Shown here one piece after another: positions 50,848-60,080 of a stretch of DNA of 64,000 nucleotides (the first letter of the stretch is position 1; each line of letters starts with the position of its first letter). The stretch is from Strigamia acuminata (Eukaryota), in NCBI GenBank assembly GCA_949358305.1, contig OX442314.1, positions 2,046,001 to 2,110,000 of the forward strand. The letters are read 5' to 3'. A program made the position numbers and the translations under genes. Under the pieces are notes generated by a model. The model was not told where the DNA came from, made no database searches, and saw only the letters and a list, made by a program, of their open reading frames with translations.

Positions 50848-51581
50848 TCAGAGTGATCGACGCGGAGTAATTTCCCGGTTACTCTCCCGCCAGCCAGGAC
50901 CGAGTGGAGTAATTTCCCGGCGATGGATAACCTTTCCTGCGAGATATTTCGATTCAATTCGTTATTGGTTTGACGGAACATTTAAGTCTAACTTAGATGT
51001 TGATTGCACTCGGGGCAAAAAATAGCTCGGCGCTATTTTAATATATTTTACTTATTTTCACAGTTTAAGTTAAGTTTGTGACTCTAAAATATCATGATTA
51101 ATTCCATAGAATTAATATGACTATTTATTCTCACATTGTTACATCTCGCGGTAATTATTGATTACAACAATTATCTGCGATGCGATGTGTGTGACGATAC
51201 AGAAAAGTCAACCGCACCTCTCGGATATAACCCACCCAGCCTAACCATTTACACGCCTTTTAGAACCAAACCCCGGACCATTTAGAAGCCAAAGCCATTC
51301 ATAGATGACATCTTTTACGTCACAGCAATAAGACCGTTACAAATTCTTATTGCATGACTGAAGCCTTCAAATGATATTATTTCAGGGCTTTTGCCAAATA
51401 AATGTATAGTTTAACTTATCGTCATTTTAGCCACTTGTAGGCATAATAGTTATATAAGTTTCAACCGGAATAAATGTTATATGTTTTGAGAAAACATCAG
51501 GTTTGCATATTTTACGCTTTCACACAGATAGTTCACACTTTAGTTTAGCAATTGCTATCTCCAGAAGGTAATCGTCACACG

Positions 51582-51599
51582 TGGAGGTCCCACCGAGAT
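51582..51599 (+). promoter_or_regulatory. Primer binding site complementary to the tRNA-Gln 3' end
   Basis: TGGAGGTCCCACCGAGAT is the reverse complement of ATCTCGGTGGGACCT-CCA, the 3' end of metazoan tRNA-Gln; it lies 2 nt after the LTR. Confidence 0.9.
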
Positions 51600-52450
51600 A
51601 GGTTGCATTTTATCGAAGTGAACTCTGTGATCAAAGTGTAAAAATTGAAAAGCGAATTTTTGATTATTTATGTAAATATTATAATCAGAAAATTTCCGAT
51701 TTTCTCCTTGAATTTACTGCGCAATATTCATTTGTTTTCAAAAAATTCTCATTATCTTTTGGAAATATTTGAAGTCGAATTTTTGGATTATTTTGAAAAC
51801 TCATTATAATTCCGAATTTCGTACAAAAAATCTATTTTGATTTTGTTGAGTTTCCCAGAATATTCGGCTATATTCTGGAAAATTTTGAAACCCTAAATTT
51901 TGATCAAAAAACGATTTTGACCAGAATTTCTGCTAACGAAAGAATAAAAGTTAAAATATTTTATTTTGCTGGTTAAAAGACTTGACCAAGTTTCCATTGT
52001 TCTGTTCAACGTTTTGGATTATTATTTTAATCTTTGACGAAGTAAAGAATGTAACAAAGAGAGCCACTCACGATGCAGCTCGGAGTAGGTCATCCAGATG
52101 TGGGATTGTTGAGAATTTCGGGTTAAGAAATTATCAGAAATTTTTTCAACATCGCCAATCACAGCAGATTGTCCTGACAAAGGAAATTTTCCGGAAGCTA
52201 GTTTGACAACCAATATTCAGCCACACTTGCTTTTCGACAGTGCGACCATCCAGTTGTGCCTTGTGACCAGTGCCCGTTTGGACCATTCTTGACCACGCAA
52301 CAGGACAGTTCTTTCCCGAAGCCACTTCAGTTTCAGCAGTTAAGGTTGTATTTTTTCAAATTATTTCTTAGTTTAATATTAAGCGTGCTACATTTACGCT
52401 AGTTCAGTTAAATTTATCTTTTTTGTTGTACGTGTATTTCTTTGAGTAAT

Positions 52451-54499
52451 ATGGCCCGTAGACCTGTAAGAGTTCGTGGAACACGAGGAAATCGTGGGGC
52501 ACGACGACGTGGTGGTATGTGTGAAACACCAAGAGGAATTGTGGAGTCTGATTTAGAAAGCCAGGGGGAAGAAAATGTTCCTAGAGACGTTTCCAACCCA
52601 GGTAGTGCTCGAACGGATCCACTATCCGTCCCGCATGATTTAGAAGTTTACTGTCGCCATTACCAATTGGAGGTGACGCAGTTTTCCTCTTTGTGTGAAG
52701 CACAACAATACACGGCGAATAATCATCACGAGAGAAATCGTGTAATTACTCCCGATGTAGTTGTAACCAACGAACGAAGTGTTTCTGTAGATCGAACTGG
52801 CCCTCGTTCACCGGCCACATATCGCTACCAGCAATTACCTGGATGGCGAATGAATGTTGCTCGTGACGACAATGGGCAGTTAAATTCTTCATTATCCGTT
52901 CAACCTTCGATTCAGTTACCAGCTAGTTCTTGGCGATCGAATTCGGCCGAAAGAATGGGAAATTCCGGACAAGGAAATATTTCTGCGCCAATTTCCCGAA
53001 ATTTGCCAAGTGCGACGGCAGTAAATAATAATTTACCCGCTCCCACTGGGAATTTGAATGATTCTTTCCGAGTTCCACAGCCTCGAACTAATCTGTCGGT
53101 CCTACCAAGGGGGAGAAATGAAAATTATCAAAATTTTCAATCTCACACCCAATCTGATGGGGATTTTAGGAATTATAGAAATTCCCGCTCTCAGGGTGGA
53201 CGAGCTCCGCCGAGAAATCAACGATTTCCCGGAGCTCCTGGTGATCCTCGTGACTCCGATCCTAACTCGAGTAGTGACGAATCTCACGCTGGTGGAGGGG
53301 GAAATTATAACAATAATTTCCACCGACGTAATAATTCTCGTTCTCCTCCGCCACCTGATAGACGCCAAAATTTTCGAGAAGAACCAAATCCGCCACCCAG
53401 AGACCAAGAAAGTCGGTCTACACCCAATTCGAACTCTGCTTCTAATTTGTCGGACGAAAATGTAAAACAAATTATTCAGGGTTTAGTAGGTCAAATCCGA
53501 AGCCCGAGTACTCCCAGTCAGAATTTTGGAAAAGGAATCGAGATTCCTATTTTTGACGGGAAACAGACAGAGGTTGCGCGATTCCTTGAAATCGTCAAAG
53601 CTGTCGCACTCGGGAAAGGCATCCCTTTAGACGACATGGTACACACTGCTGTACCTGGACGACTATTAGGCCATGCACAACGTTGGTTCCAAAAGCAACG
53701 CCATACTTTTAACAGTTGGCGAACTTTCGAAGCCTCTTTTCTCGATTGTTTCGATCTCGTTCCACTTACAAGAGAAAGGCGACTTCTTAATGTAAAACAA
53801 CGAGCCGACGAATCACTTTATAGTTTTCTTCTGCGTTATACGCAAGAACAAGGTGAAGTGCCGCCAGGTGATAAAACTGGACGTGCGCAATTATTTGACA
53901 ATCTAACTCAAGAAAGTTTCACGGCGTTATGTACACAAGGAATGTATGGTAACTTTACAGTAGATGACATTCTACAATATGTAGGAGCAAATCGCTCTAA
54001 GTTTGAAAGTTCTCAACTTGCAGAAAAATTGGAGTATGATAATCGAGAGAATCATCTTACTCCAAAAGTTCACGAAAAATCTAAGATTTTTCCATCTAAA
54101 ACTTCACTACGTTTGACACAAACGCAAGATGAGGTTGAAAATGAAGACGAGTCGGAAAATGACGACTCAACTGACGATGGTTCAATGGAGCGATTATTTG
54201 CCGCCCAGTATGAAAAGACTACTGGAAAATGCTTTTTCTGTCACGAGCCTGGACATTTTAAAAGAGAATGTCCCGCTCTTGCTAAAAAATTAGCAGGGAA
54301 AACAGACTCGTTAAATTCAAATAAAAGATTTAACCACTCTGCTCCCAACCCCGAGTTTAAACGACCCAAACAAAATTGGGTTACGTCAGAAACTTTAGAC
54401 TCCAAATTTACTGACTTTCAGAAAAACATGGTTGACCTGTTAATTAAGCATTTACCAGCAGCCACTGAGTCAGTCACTCCCGACGAGACAAAAAACTGA
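52451..54499 (+). CDS. gag: Gag with a long disordered N-terminal extension and a single CCHC knuckle
   Basis: IPIFDG...RLLGHAQRWF..WRTFEASFLDCF capsid-like region; CFFCHEPGHFKREC. Confidence 0.93.
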   Translation: MARRPVRVRGTRGNRGARRRGGMCETPRGIVESDLESQGEENVPRDVSNPGSARTDPLSVPHDLEVYCRHYQLEVTQFSSLCEAQQYTANNHHERNRVITPDVVVTNERSVSVDRTGPRSPATYRYQQLPGWRMNVARDDNGQLNSSLSVQPSIQLPASSWRSNSAERMGNSGQGNISAPISRNLPSATAVNNNLPAPTGNLNDSFRVPQPRTNLSVLPRGRNENYQNFQSHTQSDGDFRNYRNSRSQGGRAPPRNQRFPGAPGDPRDSDPNSSSDESHAGGGGNYNNNFHRRNNSRSPPPPDRRQNFREEPNPPPRDQESRSTPNSNSASNLSDENVKQIIQGLVGQIRSPSTPSQNFGKGIEIPIFDGKQTEVARFLEIVKAVALGKGIPLDDMVHTAVPGRLLGHAQRWFQKQRHTFNSWRTFEASFLDCFDLVPLTRERRLLNVKQRADESLYSFLLRYTQEQGEVPPGDKTGRAQLFDNLTQESFTALCTQGMYGNFTVDDILQYVGANRSKFESSQLAEKLEYDNRENHLTPKVHEKSKIFPSKTSLRLTQTQDEVENEDESENDDSTDDGSMERLFAAQYEKTTGKCFFCHEPGHFKRECPALAKKLAGKTDSLNSNKRFNHSAPNPEFKRPKQNWVTSETLDSKFTDFQKNMVDLLIKHLPAATESVTPDETKN

Positions 54500-54530
54500 T
54501 TCAGGGGGTTGTTCAAGTTGTCCAACCCCC
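54490..54530 (+). promoter_or_regulatory. -1 programmed ribosomal frameshift signal
   Basis: Slippery A AAA AAC (54490-54496) just before the gag stop; 7-nt spacer; stem GGGGGTTG/CAACCCCC; the -1 frame is open into pol. Confidence 0.88.
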
Positions 54531-57500
54531 GCTTAAAGAGTTGTTTCCTCTCTCGGAATTGTCAAATGATTTATTTTCACAAAAAGATGAATTTAAATTA
54601 AGACATAAGCCTAGTCATCTCACAGTACCTTATGTCGATGATTCGAAGAATAAACCACCATCGTTGGTCATTTCTTACGAAGCAGTACCTGTCTGTCGAA
54701 AGACTAGCAGCTCTACTGGCGGTGTCAATGAAAATTTAAAAGTCATGACAGACCAACTAGAAAATTTGAGTATTTTCAGTGGAAGCTGGAATGCACCGAA
54801 AAAACCACTTGTACCCAAAGTTTTTAAGTTAAGGAAAATCCTTAAACTTGAAAAATGGAACAATAAAGATCGAGAAGAACTTCTTGGCAAACTTTGCAAT
54901 AGCAAATTAATTAATGGTGGCAAAGATGATCCGCGTATGAATGTCCAAATTGGAGGTTTGGATTACAACGCACTAATGGACTCTGGAGCCACCCAATGTT
55001 TTATTGGAGTACAACTCCTTTCAAACACAGAAATTCCGGTGGAATTCATACAAGAATGTCCCCGCGGAATGCGTGTCTGCGCAGTCGGAATAGATCACCG
55101 ACCTATCGGTCAAGTTTGTCTTTGTGTCAAATGGGCCGATAAAAGGAGAGTTACACCTATGACCTTCATAATTCTACACAAGAATGTATGTGGGTTAATT
55201 TTGGGTCACAATTTTATGCGTAGAACGGGGATAAACCCTAATCCCCGACGGGCTGTGTTCACCTGTGATGACATGCCCGGATGGACAGCACCATACGAGA
55301 CCACTGAACTTAACTGTTGTTTAGCAAACATTAGGACTTTGGGTCTCCAAGGTGAAGGAACTCCCACTTCACCTGACTGGGCAGAAAAACTCGTCGAAGG
55401 CTGCAACAGCTCGGCGGAAGAAAAACAGCTACTCGTAAACGTTCTTGTGAAATTAAAAAACGTATTTCGAGACCAATTGGGCTGTACGAAGGTGGCCAAG
55501 CACAGCATCAAGTTTAAACCTGGTGCTACTTGGAAACACCAGCCATATAGAATGTACAACCCGGCCAAGAAGGCCATTATGACGGAATTGGTCGAGGAGT
55601 TAGAGGCCGATGGGTTAATCGAACCTGCCACTGGCCCTTATATAAGTCACCCTGTCATAGTGGCTAAACCCGGCGGGAAGTATCGATTATGTATCGACTT
55701 CCGCTGGTTGAATGCGATCACAGAAGTTGATGCAATTCAAATGCCAAGTATTGACCTATTAATTCACCATACTAATCAGGCCAAGTACTTTACATCCATT
55801 GATTTAACTAAAGGTTATCATCAAATGGAAATGGAGGAGGAGGATAAGAGCAAAACTGCTTTTTACACCCCAAAAGGCAAATTTCAATTCAAGAGATTGC
55901 CATTTGGCCTTTGTAATGCACCTAGTTCTTTTCAACACCTCATGACTACTGTATTGGGTGACTCTTTATATAAACATGCTCTGGTCTATTTAGACAATAT
56001 AATTATTTTTTCTGACACATGGGAAAATCATTTATTACATATTAAAGACGTACTTGAGAAGTTAGATGCCGCAAATCTAACTATCAATAAAGACAAGTCA
56101 AAATTTGGTCGAACATCATTACGATTTTTAGGCCATTTAATTTCCGAGGGATCTCTTCTTCCAGACCCGGACAAAGTCTCGGCTGTAAGGAATTTTCCCA
56201 AACCGACTTGTTCTAAAGACATTCAGAGATTTGTAGGACTTGCGAATTTTTTCCGAAAATTTATTCCTAACATCGCAAATATTGCTCGTCCATTGACCAA
56301 TATTATGCATGATCAAGCAAAGTTTGTGTGGGATGATTCACAAACAACTGCATTCGAAACTATCAAAGATATTTTGTGTGACAAGGACCAAGCCCTTCTT
56401 CACATGCCAGATATGAATAAACCTTTTGTCATTTTGACAGATGCTTCTCATTCAGGCTTGGGTGCAGTACTCTGTCAAGACGTAGAGTTATTCTGTGAAA
56501 AGAAACAGAAATTAATAATGGTCCCGAAAGCAGTCGCGTACGCCAGTCGAGTGTTACACGGGGCCGAAGTAAGGTATTCTACGCCGGAATTGGAGTGTTT
56601 GGCTGTTGTATGGGCAATCGAAAGATTTCGCCCATATATTGAATACACGACTTTCACTCTCGAGTCCGATGCTAAGGCCCTTAGCTGGTTGATGAGTACG
56701 CCGGAACCATCGGGAAGGTTTGGTCGTTGGGCCGTCAAAATACAATGTGGCGCGTTTAAAATTATTTTTAGACGCGGCGCAATGAACCAAGTAGCGGACG
56801 CATTATCACGCGCTCCACTGTCTGCACTAGACACTCCGGATTATGATTATATCGAACCAGAGGAAATCACCCATTTCTATCCAACTTGGAATGGAAACAG
56901 GTGTGCATCTTTACAAGTGACGGAAACTGAGCGCAAACATTTTCTTACAAATGTTGGCCTTAGTTTAGACTTTTTCTCAGAATCATATAATCCAGTTAGA
57001 TTTCATGATTCTGGAGAAAAGGGGGAGGAAGAAGGATGTACGAGAGAAAATTGCAGACATATAGATGTCCACAATTGTAATCACGAAAATGTACACACTG
57101 CGCTAACAGATATCCTAAAAGTAGTTCCGCCGACGCGAGACGAAATTATCGAAGCGCAGCTTAAAGATCCAGCATGTAGTAAAATCCTTGTTTACCTAAA
57201 AGGAGACGAAAAATTAAAAAATCGTATCACGGATAAACATTGGTTAAATGCGATTCGTGGCTACACTCTCGACGAACCGGAAGAAAATAAAGGTGTTATG
57301 CTAATTTATTTTGCTCCGACCGATGAGGAGGAGTTAAACGACTCCGGCAACGGGTTTAAGGCGGTAATTCCACGCTCTCTTGTGAGACGTGCATTATTCG
57401 CATGCCACGGCCACCCACTTACAGGACATGCCGGCATGAGCAAAACCCTAGATAGAGCAAAAAAGATGTATTTCTGGCCTAGAATGAGCAAAGACACTCG

Positions 57501-58776
57501 AAACTACGTTCGCAGTTGCACTCATTGCCAACAATACAAACCTAGTCAACACCAAAAGCATCGGGCAAGCTATACACCCCACAACATGACCAACCCGTGG
57601 GAGACTGTAAGCATTGACCTGATGGGACCAAAACCAGCCGGTCGTTCACAATTAAAATGGATTTTAGTAATCATTGATAATTGTACAAAATGGATTGAAG
57701 TCTTCCCACTAGCGACTGCATCAAGTGAATGCATCGTTAATAAAATGAGCGAAGTTTTCCACCGTTGGGGTTATCCAAAAAAGATAATCTCCGACAACGG
57801 CAAACAATTCGTGTCAACAATATTTAATGATTTTTGTCGAAAAAATCACGTAGATATTTCTCACATTAGTCCATATCACGCTGCCGCTAATATTACAGAG
57901 CGGGCTAACAGGACTTTAAAAATGATGTTAGCTTTATACTCGGACATTCACTCTCACTGGCCAAAATATTTAAATTCTTTTGCCTTTGCGATGCGCACCG
58001 CTAAGTCCGAGGCAACAAATTGTTCTCCGATGATTCTTAATACGGGAAGAATCGTTCCTTTGCCATTTGACCCGCGTATTACTAAACACGCCATCAAATT
58101 CGACAAAGAAAATCCCGAAGCTTATGTCTATAGTATTTTAGACGTAATTAGACGTGCACACAGCGAAATGCATCGGAAAATTCAATCGAATTACGAAAAG
58201 CATGATCGACTACATAAAGACAAATATTATATTTGTCAATTTGCCAAAGGAGATCTCGTGTGGAAAGCCACACATATTTTATCAAATAAAGATAAAGGGA
58301 TTTCGGCAGGATCCGCTGAGAAACGTGATGGACCTTGGGAAATTACGGCTGTTCTCGGCGGAGGTTCCTACACACTACGGAAGCTTTCTGATAACACGAA
58401 AGCACAAGCGATCAACATACAGGATTTAATGCCTTATATCCCAAGTTATCCGATTGAGGAATGGACATTAGATCAGAAAGTCGGTACCAACGAGTCACAC
58501 CCGACTCCAGATTGGATGGCAGGTCAGGTTATTAATTCTCCAGAATTAATAAATGACCCTGTGTCCACGGAAGCAGAGGATTTAGTTGAAGGAAAAGAGG
58601 AGGAAACTTCTCAGATTTCTTCTAAAGAGGACGAAACTCCTCAAAATCCATCTAAAAAGAGGAAAAGATTTCCATCTCCCGTTCGACAGTCTAAACGAAG
58701 ACCCAAGCCGAACACAAAATACGTGACCGATTTTGTACAACTCATAAATTGTTTAAAACAAGTCAAGTTGGGTTAG
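54493..58776 (+). CDS. pol: Pol (PR-RT-RNase H-IN), made as a gag-pol fusion; RT motif reads YLDN
   Basis: ALMDSGAT; KYRLCIDFR..FTSIDLTKGYHQ..RLPFGL..VYLDN; ILTDAS; HGHPLTGH..CTHC; SIDLMGP / ISDNGKQF / ITERANR. Confidence 0.95.
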   Translation, partial: KLIQGVVQVVQPPLKELFPLSELSNDLFSQKDEFKLRHKPSHLTVPYVDDSKNKPPSLVISYEAVPVCRKTSSSTGGVNENLKVMTDQLENLSIFSGSWNAPKKPLVPKVFKLRKILKLEKWNNKDREELLGKLCNSKLINGGKDDPRMNVQIGGLDYNALMDSGATQCFIGVQLLSNTEIPVEFIQECPRGMRVCAVGIDHRPIGQVCLCVKWADKRRVTPMTFIILHKNVCGLILGHNFMRRTGINPNPRRAVFTCDDMPGWTAPYETTELNCCLANIRTLGLQGEGTPTSPDWAEKLVEGCNSSAEEKQLLVNVLVKLKNVFRDQLGCTKVAKHSIKFKPGATWKHQPYRMYNPAKKAIMTELVEELEADGLIEPATGPYISHPVIVAKPGGKYRLCIDFRWLNAITEVDAIQMPSIDLLIHHTNQAKYFTSIDLTKGYHQMEMEEEDKSKTAFYTPKGKFQFKRLPFGLCNAPSSFQHLMTTVLGDSLYKHALVYLDNIIIFSDTWENHLLHIKDVLEKLDAANLTINKDKSKFGRTSLRFLGHLISEGSLLPDPDKVSAVRNFPKPTCSKDIQRFVGLANFFRKFIPNIANIARPLTNIMHDQAKFVWDDSQTTAFETIKDILCDKDQALLHMPDMNKPFVILTDASHSGLGAVLCQDVELFCEKKQKLIMVPKAVAYASRVLHGAEVRYSTPELECLAVVWAIERFRPYIEYTTFTLESDAKALSWLMSTPEPSGRFGRWAVKIQCGAFKIIFRRGAMNQVADALSRAPLSALDTPDYDYIEPEEITHFYPTWNGNRCASLQVTETERKHFLTNVGLSLDFFSESYNPVRFHDSGEKGEEEGCTRENCRHIDVHNCNHENVHTALTDILKVVPPTRDEIIEAQLKDPACSKILVYLKGDEKLKNRITDKHWLNAIRGYTLDEPEENKGVMLIYFAPTDEEELNDSGNGFKAVIPRSLVRRALFACHGHPLTGHAGMSKTLDRAKKMYFWPRMSKDTRNYVRSCTHCQQYKPSQHQKHRASYTPHNMTNPWETVSIDLMGPKPAGRSQLKWILVIIDNCTKWIEVFPLATASSECIVNKMSEVFHRWGYPKKIISDNGKQFVSTIFNDFCRKNHVDISHISPYHAAANITERANRTLKMMLALYSDIHSHWPKYLNSFAFAMRTAKSEATNCSPMILNTGRIVPLPFDPRITKHAIKFDKENPEAYVYSILDVIRRAHSEMHRKIQSNYEKHDRLHKDKYYICQFAKGDLVWKATHILSNKDKGISAGSAEKRDGPWEITAVLGGGSYTLRKLSDNTKAQAINIQDLMPYIPSYPIEEWTLDQKVGTNESHPTPDWMAGQVINSPELINDPVSTEAEDLVEGKEEETSQISSKEDETPQNPSKKRKRFPSPVRQSKRRPKPNTKYVTDFVQLINCLKQVKLG

Positions 58777-60080
58777 AACACAATATATTGAAAATATTTT
58801 ATTTTAAATAAATATTTCCAATCATATTCACGAAGGATTGTTAAATTTTATTGATTAAAAACATTTTTTTTTGTGTGAATAAAATCTAACAAATGTTTGA
58901 GTTATTTTTACACGGCCGATTATATTTAAATTAATCTACGTGTAAACATTTACTTGAAACTATGTTTCCCCCTTTGGGTTAATAGAAACTTCGAGATGAG
59001 TAATTGCAAACCAATCAAATTACTCCTCGAAACTCCCCTTAACCCCTGGTCTGAGATTATCACTCACTTGTTCGCCAAGTTTTGTACTGGACTGAAATCA
59101 AGGATTATTCTCGACTTTTCGACACTTCAACGGATTTTCGCTGGAATTTAGTGAGTTAAAATCTAGATGATTTTGAACACTTATCGTTTGTTTTAACTGA
59201 TTTTTCTCATTTTGACCAATATCAGTTTAAACTTAGGAATTACCGATACACTGCTTGTATATCGAAACCATTTCGTGGCAGAATCGCAAGGAACCTTCCC
59301 GCGAATTCACTACGTGATTTTCCGGTAAATATTTAAGCAATATTTTGTCAAAATTAATAATATTTTGACATTAATTGACGACATTTATTTTGGTTAAGCG
59401 TCCATTACGGCAGACTTAGAGTTCGCACGCGCCGCACAACGTTTTTATCGGCCAACGTCACCGGAACCGAGCAGCCCTCGCAAATACGTGAAGCTAGACA
59501 TTAAACTAGCCAAATATACCCTTCTAGGACTACACCTAATTAGTAAGTGTTTATTTTATGAAAGATAAAATATCTCTTAAGTTCCTTGGAAATTGGTGAG
59601 CATACATGTGTTAACAAGTCACGTGTATGATAGTGACAAACGCCACCAGATGTCGGTGATAGATTATTTACTCGGACGAATTATAGAGTTATTCGTCCAG
59701 CTAAAATTATGTAAAGTGACTATTGTCAGGTACTAAAATGCTTGCAAAAATATTTTTTAATATTTTGACAGGTTTTTTAGTTATCATGTCGTTTAGATGC
59801 CAAAATTAGGTTTATTTCATCTAATAAACGCTAAATTGAATATTTTATCAACAATATTGTTTTTAAAGGATAAGATGAAATTATCTACCAAGTCGAGAAT
59901 AATTATTAATTTTAATAATTATTCGACAAATGAAGGAAACACGCTAACAAAAGGAACTTAAGAATTAATTATGGAATTTAACCCGATTTTAGGTCGACAA
60001 TTAGTTTAATTTAAATTAAATTAGTTGCCGACGTTTCGATTCATGTTCTCAAATAAAATTTATATTTTCTTGAAGATGCA

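Noticed and set aside
50379..50981. Minus-strand 77-aa and 64-aa ORFs repeated in both LTRs
   Set aside because: Short, without recognisable motifs, and duplicated only because the LTRs are.
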